The notes: a model not told the origin generated them from the sequence alone. 64,000 nucleotides of DNA from Bryobacterales bacterium (GCA_965248205.1 CBDFIS010000006.1:3337149-3401148), one strand, 5' to 3'; positions 1 to 9,364 are shown, counted from the stretch's first letter. Numbers and translations are program-made.

Positions 1-2
1 TG

Positions 3-473
3 AAAGCAGAAACCGTTTCACTCGATGATTGTGTCGACGAGTCCCTCGAAGCGCTCCGATCGCAACTGGAACAATCCGGAGCTCGGATCGAGCGCCAAGC
101 GCTTCCGAGGGTTGTGGGGGACGCGACCCTGCTGACACAGCTCTATCAGAACCTGCTCTCCAACGCCGTGAAGTTTGCCGGTGACGGGCAGCCTGTGGTG
201 GAACTGACGGCCCAGCAAACGGGTGGTGTTTGGACACTGGGTGTTCGCGATAACGGTATCGGGCTCGAGCCGGAACATGCCGAGCAGATCTTCGAACCCT
301 TCAAGCGTTTGCATGGGATCACCGAGTATCCGGGGACGGGCATCGGGCTGGCCATCTGCCGCAAAAGCGTTGACCGCCACGGGGGTAGGATTTGGGTGGA
401 ATCGAAACCCGCCGAAGGGGCCCATTTCAAGTTCACCCTCCCAACCCGAGGTAACGAATTGGAGCCATCATGA
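3..473 (+). CDS. sensor histidine kinase, C-terminal HATPase_c portion (5' end lies outside the window)
   Basis: The frame is open from the window edge (KAETVSLDDCVDESLEAL...). N box LLSNAVKF, G1 box RDNGIGL and G2 box GTGIGLAICRK are present. The stop overlaps the next start (ATGA). Confidence 0.85.
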   Translation, partial: KAETVSLDDCVDESLEALRSQLEQSGARIERQALPRVVGDATLLTQLYQNLLSNAVKFAGDGQPVVELTAQQTGGVWTLGVRDNGIGLEPEHAEQIFEPFKRLHGITEYPGTGIGLAICRKSVDRHGGRIWVESKPAEGAHFKFTLPTRGNELEPS

Positions 474-937
474 TGCAGCTAGGCGAGCAGGTTCATGCCG
501 CGACCGTTTTGCTGGCGGAAGACAATCCAGCTGACCAGAACCTCACCCGTCGGGCGCTCGACAGGGGGGTGATTCGTTGTGACCTGCGCGTTGTCTCGAA
601 TGGCGAGGAGGCGATGGATTATCTCCTTCAGCGCGAGCAGTTCGCGGACCGGGCAGCGTGCCCCAGACCTGACCTCATCCTCTTGGACTTGAACATGCCA
701 AGGCTCGACGGGCGGCAGGTTCTTGAGCGCATGAGGGCTGATCCTAACCTGGACACTATTCCCGTCGTCGTGCTTACCACGTCGCGGCAGGAAGAGGACG
801 TCGTGCGGAGCTACAAGCTGGGCTGCAACTCGTTCATCCAGAAGCCCATCCAGATCCAGGACTTCGTCGCCGCCTTGGAGCAATTGGGCGCCTACTGGCT
901 GAAGCTCGTAGTGCTCCCCACACACAGAGGCGACTAG
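470..937 (+). CDS. single-domain response regulator (CheY-like receiver)
   Basis: VLLAEDNPADQ..., phospho-acceptor context DLILLDLNMPRLDG, and KP motif (SFIQKP). Translationally coupled to both flanking genes. Confidence 0.85.
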   Translation: MMQLGEQVHAATVLLAEDNPADQNLTRRALDRGVIRCDLRVVSNGEEAMDYLLQREQFADRAACPRPDLILLDLNMPRLDGRQVLERMRADPNLDTIPVVVLTTSRQEEDVVRSYKLGCNSFIQKPIQIQDFVAALEQLGAYWLKLVVLPTHRGD

Positions 938-939
938 CC

Positions 940-2109
940 ATGAGCAGGCAAACACTGGAGATTCTGCTCATCGACGACAACCCCGCGGATGCCGAACTCC
1001 TGCGGCGTCTGTTGAACAAAATTTCCGAATTTCAGGTTGAATTCACTCACTGCCTGGACGGAGAGAGTGGTCGGCAAGCCTTAGCTACCGAGAAAACCGA
1101 TTGTCTATTGCTCGACTATCGCCTCGGAGAACACGATGGCTTGGAGGTGCTCGCTTCGATTCGCGAGCTCGGCAACGACGTTCCTACCATTGTTCTTACC
1201 GGCGCCGGCAACGAGGCAGTGGCAGTCGAGGCGATGAAGAGGGGCGCACAGGATTACATGGTCAAAGATGTCGTAGCGCGCGAGGTTATGACGCCCAAAG
1301 CCCTCTATCGGGCTATCACCAACGCCGTGGAAAAGGTCGGACTGGAGAGACTAGTAGCCGAAAAGCAGAGAGAGCTCGAATCTTTCGTTTCGGTTGCCTC
1401 GCACGATTTGAAGACCCCCCTGTGCTCTGTAAGAGACAACGTGGAAGTGATACGTGACTTCTATCCAAACAAGCCTCTGGACGCCAAGGCCGATGAGTTT
1501 CTTGTAGCGGCTGTTCGGATGGTGGACCGCATGATGAAAATGCTGGACAGCCTTCTCAAATACTCCCGCGCGGGAAGATCGGCGAAGGCCCTCGTTCCGG
1601 TTGACCTTAAGCTATGCATGACGTCCGTTATGGAAAACCTGAAGTCTCTGATCGAAGAGACTCAAGCAGCGGTTATTGTGGGGATCATGCCGCGGGCGGT
1701 GGCGGGAGACGAAGATGCACTCGTCCCATTGCTGCAGAATCTGATTTCGAACGGCATCAAATTTAGGAGCAGCGAGCCGGTCGTCGTGAGGGTCATGTCC
1801 CGTTGCGACGGCGGACGCTGGAAAATCTCGGTGGCGGACAACGGCATCGGCATCGACGCGCAGTACCATTCAGAGGTATTCGCGCCCTTCAAACGCCTCC
1901 ATTCAAAGCAAGAGTTTGATGGTTCGGGCATCGGCCTTGCGACCTGTAAAAGAATCGTGGACCAACACGGTGGGCGCCTTTGGGTAGAGTCTACGGTTGG
2001 GCAGGGCGCAACGTTCTACTTCACACTGGAAGATGCGGCGGCAGAAGGCCTAGATTCCGAGAAGCCATCCGCCGCTCGTCAACCTCAAACCGAAATCCTG
2101 GCTACCTAG
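940..2109 (+). CDS. hybrid receiver-histidine kinase (REC + HisKA + HATPase_c)
   Basis: N-terminal receiver (ILLIDDNPADAELL, CLLLDYRLGEHDG). H-box SVASHDLKTPL. N, G1 and G2 boxes (LISNGIKF, DNGIGI, GSGIGLATCKR). Confidence 0.85.
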   Translation: MSRQTLEILLIDDNPADAELLRRLLNKISEFQVEFTHCLDGESGRQALATEKTDCLLLDYRLGEHDGLEVLASIRELGNDVPTIVLTGAGNEAVAVEAMKRGAQDYMVKDVVAREVMTPKALYRAITNAVEKVGLERLVAEKQRELESFVSVASHDLKTPLCSVRDNVEVIRDFYPNKPLDAKADEFLVAAVRMVDRMMKMLDSLLKYSRAGRSAKALVPVDLKLCMTSVMENLKSLIEETQAAVIVGIMPRAVAGDEDALVPLLQNLISNGIKFRSSEPVVVRVMSRCDGGRWKISVADNGIGIDAQYHSEVFAPFKRLHSKQEFDGSGIGLATCKRIVDQHGGRLWVESTVGQGATFYFTLEDAAAEGLDSEKPSAARQPQTEILAT

Positions 2110-2181
2110 TCGCGCAAAGACGAGCCCCACCAGCCAACCCGCGCTTGCTTCTCGGTCCCGAGCGAGATAGTGTGGGACTTC

Positions 2182-3105
2182 ATGTCCAAGACCGCGTTTG
2201 TTTTTCCGGGCCAGGGATCCCAGGTCCCTGGAATGGGCCGCGAGTTGGCCGAGCACTTTCCCGCCGCTCGTCAGGTCTTCGAGCAGGCGGACCGAGCGCT
2301 TGACTTCCCGATCTCTAAGGTCTGCTTCGAGGGCCCGGAGGCAGACCTCAAGCTCACCGAGAACACCCAGCCGGCTCTGCTGACCTGTTCGCTCGCTACG
2401 CTCGCCGTGCTCGGTGAGCGAGGAATCGAGGCCGACTGCGTGGCGGGGCACAGCCTCGGGGAGTACTCGGCGCTGGTGGCCGGCGGGTCTTTAAGCTTTG
2501 AGGATGCAGTGCGGCTGGTCCGCAAGCGGGGTCGCTATATGCAGGAAGCTGTTCCCGAGGGAGTCGGGGCCATGGCCGCTCTGCTCGGATTGCCCGATGG
2601 AGAGCTGGACTCGATTTGCAGCGCAGCTTCAAACGGTGAGGTCGTTTCCGCCGCTAATTTCAACGCACCAGGGCAGGTAGTCATCGCCGGACACGCCGGC
2701 GCCGTGTCACGGGCAGTCGAGTTGGCCAAGGCCCGAGGAGCGCGTAAGGCAGTGCTACTTTCGGTCAGTGCTCCCTTCCATTGCGCGCTGATGAAGCCGG
2801 CCCAGGAGCGGCTCGCGGGCGATTTCGATGAGGTCGAGTTCGAGGATCTCCGAATCCCGCTCGTCAACAATTACGCGGCCCGAGAGATTCGAAGTGCTGA
2901 GCAAGTCCGCGAGGGTCTCAACGAGCAGGTGCCCAACCCGGTTCTCTGGGAACAATCCGTGCGCTACTTGGCCGCTCAGGGAGTCGATCACTTTATCGAG
3001 GTCGGGCCTGGGAAGGTGTTGACCAGTCTTTTGAAGAGAATCGACAGATCACTGAAAGGATCGAACGTGGAAGATTTGAAGACTTTGGAGAAGCTAGTGT
3101 CATGA
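2182..3105 (+). CDS. fabD: malonyl-CoA:ACP transacylase
   Basis: FVFPGQGSQ, active-site GHSLGEYSAL and the whole-length pattern match FabD. I prefer ATG 2182 over the track's GTG 2170. Confidence 0.9.
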   Translation: MSKTAFVFPGQGSQVPGMGRELAEHFPAARQVFEQADRALDFPISKVCFEGPEADLKLTENTQPALLTCSLATLAVLGERGIEADCVAGHSLGEYSALVAGGSLSFEDAVRLVRKRGRYMQEAVPEGVGAMAALLGLPDGELDSICSAASNGEVVSAANFNAPGQVVIAGHAGAVSRAVELAKARGARKAVLLSVSAPFHCALMKPAQERLAGDFDEVEFEDLRIPLVNNYAAREIRSAEQVREGLNEQVPNPVLWEQSVRYLAAQGVDHFIEVGPGKVLTSLLKRIDRSLKGSNVEDLKTLEKLVS

Positions 3106-3836
3106 AAGATCGGGCTGCATTCGTCACGGGAGCTAGCCAGGGTATTGGTCGCGCCTGCGCCCTGGCGTTGGCGGAGGCAGGCGCTCGGGTGGTTCTCGGC
3201 GCGAGACAGCAAGACAAGCTGAACGAACTCGTGGAAGAGATTCGCTCCCAAGGTGGGCGGGCTGACGCGGTGCCCCTCGACATCGCATCGGCTGAGTCGA
3301 TTCAAGAGGCCTTCGCCAAAGCCAGCGAGACCTCAGGAGGCATTCACATCCTGGTGAACAACGCCGGCATGACCCGAGACGGGCTGGCCCTGCGGATGTC
3401 CTCTGAAAACTGGCGGCAGGTGATCGAGACCAATCTTACTGGAAGTTTCCTCTGTATACAGGCGGTTCTACCCGCTATGGTTCGGGGGCGCTGGGGACGC
3501 ATTATCAACATCTCGTCGGTGGTAGGACAGGCCGGCAACCCTGGTCAAGCCAACTACGTGGCGTCAAAGGCCGGACTGATCGGATTGACGAAGGCTCTTG
3601 CCCAAGAGATCGCCTCCCGAAGCATTACCGTCAACGCCGTGGCGCCCGGATTCATTCAGACTGCGATGACAGAGACTCTCGATGAAAAGGTGCGGGAGAA
3701 AATCCTGTCGTCAGTTCCCCTCCGCCGGATCGGCGAAGCCAATGACGTAGCGCATGCGGTTCGGTTCCTCGCCAGTGAAGAAGCGGGTTACATCACCGGC
3801 CACGTTCTCAACGTGAACGGCGGAATGTATATGTAA
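3102..3836 (+). CDS. fabG: 3-oxoacyl-ACP reductase (SDR)
   Basis: TGASQGIGRA cofactor motif, NNAG, catalytic YVASKAG. ATGA overlap with fabD. Confidence 0.9.
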   Translation: MKDRAAFVTGASQGIGRACALALAEAGARVVLGARQQDKLNELVEEIRSQGGRADAVPLDIASAESIQEAFAKASETSGGIHILVNNAGMTRDGLALRMSSENWRQVIETNLTGSFLCIQAVLPAMVRGRWGRIINISSVVGQAGNPGQANYVASKAGLIGLTKALAQEIASRSITVNAVAPGFIQTAMTETLDEKVREKILSSVPLRRIGEANDVAHAVRFLASEEAGYITGHVLNVNGGMYM

Positions 3837-4178
3837 CGATCGCACCCCGCGATCTGCCGACGGGCCGCACCGCGCCTAACGACCGCCACCCTTGCCCGCC
3901 CGAATCCCGCCGGCTTCCCTCGCGATGAGCGAATCGGAGCCGCGAACGCCAGGGTCTGTGAGCGGTCATACCCTGTGGGCAAATACGGGCGTCGCTCACC
4001 GCCACCGGCCAGCCTCGAAATCGACATTCCTCTACACGGTCAGTTCAATGTTTGTGTGAAAGCGTCCGACCCCTGTGGTGCACGCTCTCAGCCCAAATCC
4101 CCCGGCCCTGCCTAGCCGGCTCGCGAGCCTTATCGTTGAAGGCCAAACCAGGCCGTAGCAAGCCTCACTACCACTCTA

Positions 4179-4206
4179 TTGGGCGGCGCACAACCCCTGG
4201 TATAAT
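4179..4206 (+). promoter_or_regulatory. candidate sigma-70 promoter (TTGGGC-16 nt-TATAAT) about 130 nt upstream of the yjbQ-like gene
   Basis: The hexamers were read directly. A perfect TATAAT lies at 4201-4206. There is no experimental support. Confidence 0.35.
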
Positions 4207-4337
4207 ACGATGCAGCTGGTGTCAACGGGGCGTGCAGGCTATAAGCACGATGCCCCAAGGGCAGGCAAAGCACTTTTGGACAGTCAAATCGATCTGAGGT
4301 CTTCCCCGAAGTCCCAAGTCTTGGAGGTTGATCTACT

Positions 4338-4847
4338 ATGAGCGCCAAAGCAAGCCTAAAACCCCAAGCCGTGAAAGACGATCCTGTCAAGACCCAACGG
4401 CCCGCGGGTATGCCGGGTGTCAAAACGTTTGTGCGAATCGTTGACTGGATTACGAACGATAAGTTCGAGCTGATCAATGCAACCGATCGGATCAACGAAA
4501 TCGTGCGCAAAAGCGGCGTGCGAAACGGCACTGTTCACCTGCAGTCGCTGCACACCACGGCTTGTTTGTTCATCAACGAGTGGCAGGACGCGTTGCTACA
4601 CGACATCCGGACCATGCTCGAACAATTCGTAGGGCGGAATACCTCGTGGCGGCACGACGATCCGGCCTACTCCGATTGTGAACGCAAGAACGCGGTTTCT
4701 CACCTGCGGGGGCTGTTTCTAGGCCAGTCCGTCTCGCTTCAGGTGCGTAATACAAAGGTATTGCTGGGGACCTGGCAAAGCATTATCCTGGCCGAGCTCG
4801 ACGGCCCGCGAAGCCGTTCCATCTCGGTGCAAGTGATGGGCGTTTAG
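4338..4847 (+). CDS. YjbQ/UPF0047 family protein (secondary thiamine-phosphate synthase-like)
   Basis: HTTACLFINE, SHLRGLFLGQSVSL and LGTWQSIILAELDGPRSR match the family signature. GGAGG lies 10 nt upstream of the start. Confidence 0.75.
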   Translation: MSAKASLKPQAVKDDPVKTQRPAGMPGVKTFVRIVDWITNDKFELINATDRINEIVRKSGVRNGTVHLQSLHTTACLFINEWQDALLHDIRTMLEQFVGRNTSWRHDDPAYSDCERKNAVSHLRGLFLGQSVSLQVRNTKVLLGTWQSIILAELDGPRSRSISVQVMGV

Positions 4848-4982
4848 CCCGCACCATCCAGCCCCTTCCGGGGGGATTGATCCAGAGCTTTTTGTCGGGC
4901 CTGCTTGGATGTTCGCGTGTCTTGCCCCGCGCCGGGCGAGCCGGCGGACGGCGCAACCACAACCGGCCCCGAGCCGACACTG

Positions 4983-5423
4983 ATGGGAAAACTGTTTACC
5001 TTGGAAGAAGCGGAAGAACTCATTCCGAGGCTCGGTGAGTGGCTGCAACAGGCCATCGATGCCAAGAAAGAGGCGGTCGAGGTCGAACGCGAGCTGCGGT
5101 CGCTGAGCGCCCGAATCAATGCTCTGGGCGGAACCGAGATCGACCCCACCGCGGTGGCCAAGCGCAAGCTAGCGAGAGACCAAGCGGTCGAGCGACTGCA
5201 AGCGGTGGCACGCAGTATCGAGGAATCGGGGGCGCTCGTGAAGGACCTAGACACGGGGCTGATCGACTTCCCGGCTCGCTTGGAAAACGAAGAAGTCTAT
5301 CTGTGTTGGAAGCTAGGGGAACCCCGGATCGAATACTGGCACCGCGTCCAGGATGGTTTCGCCGGCCGGAAGCGGATCGCCGGTGAGTTCGGTCAAGGCG
5401 GTGTTTCGGGCAAGCCCAATTAG
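4983..5423 (+). CDS. DUF2203-family protein
   Basis: MGKLFTLEEAEELIPRL...LVKDLDTGLIDFPA...EVYLCWKLGEPRIEYWH..GFAGRK is the typical DUF2203 pattern. I prefer ATG 4983 over the track start 4905. Confidence 0.65.
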   Translation: MGKLFTLEEAEELIPRLGEWLQQAIDAKKEAVEVERELRSLSARINALGGTEIDPTAVAKRKLARDQAVERLQAVARSIEESGALVKDLDTGLIDFPARLENEEVYLCWKLGEPRIEYWHRVQDGFAGRKRIAGEFGQGGVSGKPN

Positions 5424-5614
5424 CCCGCTTTTCTCACGACAAGCCCGTAGGGGCGGGCCGCTGCGCCCGCCCAAAGAGGACTTCACGGGGTTAGGTTGCG
5501 TGATCGCATGGGACGGAGTGTGTATCTCACAAATGGGCGGACACGGCGGTCCGTCCCTACAAATAAAGTCCGTTCAACGCCGGTCGACCGAACGCTCGTG
5601 AGAAATGCGGGCTA
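5421..5614 (+). repeat. 194-bp dispersed element, family A copy 1, with terminal inverted repeats TAGCCCGC(T/A)TTTCTCACGA (MITE-like)
   Basis: The left end tagcccgcttttctcacga and the reverse complement of the right end tagcccgcatttctcacga match at 18 of 19 positions. Homologous to 7450-7643 in the opposite orientation. TA dinucleotides sit on both flanks. Confidence 0.7.
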
Positions 5615-5648
5615 GGGGTTCCAGCTATCCCGACTCCCCTCGCGCGGC

Positions 5649-6080
5649 TCAGGAGATCGGCTTTTCGATGATTAGCTCCATGAGTTGGCCCAACGCCGGG
5701 TAATACTGGAGCCGCACCTTCGACCCCGCCTTAAGCTCCTCGAGTCTTAGCTTTTTCGCTCCCAGAATCTTGGCAGCTTTCTTCGAGACCTTGATCTGCT
5801 CGCGGCCCGCCGGCTGGGGGAACCCGAGTTCGAGACCGGCATCTCGCTTTCCGGCAAGGATCGTGACGGTGCGCTTTTCGAGATCTATCCTCTCGAGAGT
5901 GCCCTTGACCTTGAGGACTTTGAGCACCGACTCGGGCCGGTTCAGAGGCGCCTCGGGCCCGCCTTTGAAGTCTATGTCCCGGCGGATCTTGGCACCCGAA
6001 GAGGTAGTGGATGCTTTCTGCGCCGGCAGGGCGAGGGTGACCACAAACATGAGTAACAAAAGCCGATAAGCGTGTGCCAT
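5649..6080 (-). CDS. secreted hypothetical protein
   Basis: N-terminal signal peptide (MAHAYRLLLLMFVVTLALPAQ). No recognisable domain. Confidence 0.55.
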   Translation of the reverse strand: MAHAYRLLLLMFVVTLALPAQKASTTSSGAKIRRDIDFKGGPEAPLNRPESVLKVLKVKGTLERIDLEKRTVTILAGKRDAGLELGFPQPAGREQIKVSKKAAKILGAKKLRLEELKAGSKVRLQYYPALGQLMELIIEKPIS

Positions 6081-6563
6081 TGTCTCCTCAAATCCGGCTC
6101 TGGCAGCCTATCGTAGAAGCTAGGTTCGGCAAAAAATAGGGACTGTCATCCGATTTTCGCTTCAGCAACTGCTTTGTTTCCAGTATGGGTTAGAAGATGA
6201 AAATCGGTGACTGTATCATTTTTGCGACGAAGGACTTTCACCACGGGCTGCTGGCCGATACTTTCATTCTGCGGTTCGCGCCGGCTGTCGGTCAAGCGAT
6301 GGCCGTACGTAGCGACACCAGACGTCTTCGTCTGGCCCACTAGTAGTTTCGTCGCGGATTCTTCCGAGCCCCGACCGGGAGGGAGCGGTCCAGCGATTGT
6401 CCGCCTATCATCTATCGCCAGTAATCGCCAGTCTATGCCGAGCCCCGACAGAGCCGCCGCAGCATTACTAGCTTGGCCTCTCGAAACACGCCATTACCAC
6501 GTCTCGCCGTCAGGAAACAGTACACTATAGCGAAGCTGTCTTCCCCGGATCGACTAACGGTTC

Positions 6564-7295
6564 ATGTTCTTCTGGCACGACTACTGGAGCTGGTCTTTCA
6601 TCTTCCAGCTCCTGATGCTGATTCACTTTTTCCGCAGACGTCCGGAATGGTATTGGTTCTTCGTGATCCTTTTCTTGGATGTGTTAGGAGCCGCGGTCTA
6701 TTTCGTGATCGAGGTGATACCCGACCTGTGCGTCAAGCCGCCCGTCATCCGCCGATTTGAGCGCAGGCGCCGACGGCAGTGGCTCGAAAGGCTAGTGGTG
6801 GACAGCCCTTCTCACGAAGCACTGACCGGGCTCGCCGAAATCCACGCCATCGAGGGACGACACCCCGAAGCTATTGACCTTTACGCCCGTGCGTTGCAAC
6901 TCGACCCGGAAGACCCCGAGAGCCTCTATGGTCGCGGGCGCAGCTACCTCGAAACCGAGCAGGTTGCCAGTGCCATTGCCGATTTGGAACGAGTCGTCCA
7001 AGCCGACCCTTCCTACAGCTTCTACGGCGCCCATCTGTCCCTAGCCGAGGCCTATGAAGCCACAGACCGGGCCGATGAAGCTCTTCGCGCCTACGAAGCC
7101 ATTCTGGGACGAACGACGGTCTCGCGTGCCTACTTCAACTACGGGCGGCTGCTGGCCCAGCAGGGGGAGATGAAAAAAGCGCGAAAGATGATGGAAGAAA
7201 TCCTAACCAAGAAAGCTACGCTCCCTCGTTATCTGCGGCGTCAAGAGCGGCCTTGGTTCCGACGGGCGAGGGCCTTTCTGAAAGAAACGGGCTAG
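6564..7295 (+). CDS. membrane-anchored TPR-repeat protein (PLD-N-like two-helix N-terminus)
   Basis: The hydrophobic N-terminus WSFIFQLLMLIHFFRRRPEWYWFFVILFLDVLGAAVYFVIEVIP is followed by TPR-like repeats (AIDLYARALQLDPEDPESLYGRGRSY...). Confidence 0.65.
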   Translation: MFFWHDYWSWSFIFQLLMLIHFFRRRPEWYWFFVILFLDVLGAAVYFVIEVIPDLCVKPPVIRRFERRRRRQWLERLVVDSPSHEALTGLAEIHAIEGRHPEAIDLYARALQLDPEDPESLYGRGRSYLETEQVASAIADLERVVQADPSYSFYGAHLSLAEAYEATDRADEALRAYEAILGRTTVSRAYFNYGRLLAQQGEMKKARKMMEEILTKKATLPRYLRRQERPWFRRARAFLKETG

Positions 7296-7449
7296 CCTGC
7301 CCCGGTAGCGACCGCCACTCATGGCGGTCCCAGTCGGAAGTGGCCGCTGGCACTCCTGCCGGCCAGGAATCCAAGCCACAAGGGAAGGCCTACTCAACCT
7401 TAGCAGGAGCAGGTAGGGGCGCGATTCATCGCCCCCGCAGTCGGCCGCC

Positions 7450-7643
7450 TGACCCGCTTTTCTCACGAAGGTTTGGAAGGCCCGCGTTGAACGAACGTTA
7501 TGTGTAGGGGCGGACCGCCGTGTCCGCCCATGCGTGAGATTCACACCGCGTCGCATTCGATCACGCGACCAAACCCGGCAAAAACCTCTCTGGGCGGGCA
7601 CAGTGGTCTGCTCCTAAAGTTCTGTCGCAAGAAATGCGGGCTA
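7450..7643 (-). repeat. 194-bp dispersed element, family A copy 2 (inverted relative to copy 1)
   Basis: The reverse complement aligns with 5421-5614 over its full length, roughly three quarters identical by eye. This includes the block atgggcggacacggcggtcc and both termini. Confidence 0.7.
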
Positions 7644-8035
7644 GCCGCAATACCGTTCACTTAAGCTGTAATAGAACCCCGAGTTTTTTCCGCATTGCAC
7701 CGTTTGTCATGTACCGGCGCGACATGTTGCGCTCTGGACAAGCGGGATCGCTTGTCCCTACTTGAGTCGTCACAAGCCGCGGCAGTAGGGACCGGCGATC
7801 TCGCCGGTCCGGGGTCCGACACATCGCCCCACAGACTCCTCCGGGGCCTGTTCGCTTGTGCATACGGACCCCCGGTTTTGCTGCAGCATGTGTGGGAGCT
7901 GTGTCGCCCTCTCCGGGGCTTTCCGCACTGCCACTTTTCCCCACGGCTGAAGCCGTGAGCTGTGATTGTTGCGGCCCCCTGACGGGGCCAGACTCGTGGT
8001 TCATCTGCCACTGATTGGGGTGATATATAGTAACT

Positions 8036-9364
8036 CAGTGCTGTCCGGGGAAAGTCGCGCCATCGGACGGTAAGTCTCGACCGTTCAATGTCTTATGGCC
8101 TGTTTTGCCCGGGAACGATTTGAAATCCCGAGGCCGCAAATGGTCGCCTGAACGGAGCATCCGGACGCGGCACAATGAGGGATGAACCTTGGCCGTACGG
8201 TTTTCTCCCAACTGATCGAGCACCTACCGAGCAAAGAGTTTCAGAAATGTGTATCGCGCTACCGCGGCGATTCCTATCTGAAAAGTTTCTCCTGCTGGGA
8301 TCAGTTTCTTGCGATGGCATTCGCCCAGCTGACCTATCGGGCAAGCCTCCGCGACATCGAGACGTGCCTGCGTTCGATGCACGGCAAACTCTACCACATG
8401 GGATTCCGCGGCAGGGTAGCGCGCTCGACACTGGCCGACGCGAACGAGTCGCGCGACTGGCGGATCTACGCGGACTTCGCGCAGGTCTTGATTGGCATGG
8501 CACGGCCGTTATATGCCCACGACCCGATCGGTGTGGACTTGGACCAGACTCTGTACGCTCTCGACTCGACAACAATCGACCTCTGCCTGTCGCTGTTTCC
8601 GTGGGCGAGATTCCGCAAGCAAAAAGCCGCCGTGAAGATGCACACGCTGCTGGATCTGCACGGCAATATTCCCACGTTCATCCGCATTACTGGAGGCAAA
8701 GTGCACGACATCAACATCCTCGACGAGATCGGCCCGGAGGCCGGCGCGTTCTACGTCATGGATCGGGCCTACGTCGATTTCGAACGCCTCTTCGTGTTCA
8801 CTCTCTGCTCGTCGTTCTTCGTCGTGCGAACCAAGAAGAACATCTTGCTCCAACGGCGCTACTCGCATCCCGTCGACAAATCCACGGGCTTGCGCTCGGA
8901 TCAGACCGTCATACTGGCTGCCATCGAATCGGCCCAAGCCTATCCCGACCCGTTGCGGAGGGTCAGTTACTTCGACGCCCGGACGAACAAGCGGCTGAAG
9001 TTTCTGACCAACAACTTCGCGCTCCCGGCGCTGACCATCGCCCACATCTACAAGTCGCGTTGGCAGATTGAGTTGTTCTTCAAGTGGATCAAGCAACATC
9101 TGCGAATCAACTCGTTTTACGGCACCAGCGAGAACGCCGTCAAGACGCAGATCTGGATCGCTGTCTCGATTTACGTGCTCATCGCCATCGTCCGGAAACG
9201 CCTCGGGCTGGAAGCGAGTCTTTACCAGATTCTACAGATTCTCAGCGTTACGCAATTCGAAAAAATGCCCCTTTTACAGGCACTCCAGCCATCCGACTCC
9301 CCAAACGAATCCCCCTATGACCCCAACCAATTGATTCTATTCGACTTTTAACCGGACAGCAGTG
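8036..9364 (+). mobile_element. IS4-family insertion sequence, copy 1 (1329 bp), 9-bp target duplication ATAGTAACT
   Basis: Terminal IRs cagtgctgtccgg / ccggacagcagtg. Flanking direct repeats at 8027-8035 and 9365-9373. ORF content is identical to the copies at 55411 and 61552. Confidence 0.9.
8182..9351 (+). CDS. IS4-family DDE transposase
   Basis: The N-terminus FSQLIEHLP...[25 protein letters not shown] is typical of the DUF4372 + DDE_Tnp_1 class. The Y-2-R-3-E-6-K signature is present in [15 protein letters not shown]. Confidence 0.9.
   Translation: MNLGRTVFSQLIEHLPSKEFQKCVSRYRGDSYLKSFSCWDQFLAMAFAQLTYRASLRDIETCLRSMHGKLYHMGFRGRVARSTLADANESRDWRIYADFAQVLIGMARPLYAHDPIGVDLDQTLYALDSTTIDLCLSLFPWARFRKQKAAVKMHTLLDLHGNIPTFIRITGGKVHDINILDEIGPEAGAFYVMDRAYVDFERLFVFTLCSSFFVVRTKKNILLQRRYSHPVDKSTGLRSDQTVILAAIESAQAYPDPLRRVSYFDARTNKRLKFLTNNFALPALTIAHIYKSRWQIELFFKWIKQHLRINSFYGTSENAVKTQIWIAVSIYVLIAIVRKRLGLEASLYQILQILSVTQFEKMPLLQALQPSDSPNESPYDPNQLILFDF

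Noticed and set aside
2170-2181. Track start GTG 2170 for fabD, and similar long N-terminal extensions at 4905, 45665, 50244, 51768 and 53298
   Set aside because: Internal ATG codons give N-termini that match family norms (MSKTAFVFPGQGSQ, TAT or signal peptides starting at the Met). The extensions run through intergenic repeats.
4207-4337. TPP riboswitch in the about 130-nt leader of the yjbQ-like gene (YjbQ has a reported thiamine-phosphate synthase side activity)
   Set aside because: The leader contains ggggcgtgc and ctgagg, but lacks the conserved ACCTGATCTGGATAATGCCAGCG-type pyrimidine-sensor helix, and the order of the elements is wrong.
3837-4337. Expected acpP/fabF after fabD-fabG
   Set aside because: No ACP-like ORF (DSLD motif) or KAS gene is present on either strand. 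The fab cluster simply ends here, so I recorded it as an absence rather than a finding.
7644-8026. Possible RNase P RNA or tmRNA in the hairpin-dense tract
   Set aside because: Neither strand has the conserved RNase P blocks (GAGGAAAGUCCGGGC, ACAGAACCCGGCUUA), a tRNA-like T-arm (GGTTCGA.TCC) with a CCA end, or a tag-peptide ORF. I kept it only as an unexplained structured region.
8175-9099. 298-aa and 196-aa alternative-frame ORFs inside each IS4 copy (also at 55550-56474 and 61817-62741)
   Set aside because: They overlap the transposase frame, which carries the DDE/YREK signatures. Their translations are Arg/Pro-rich shadow frames.
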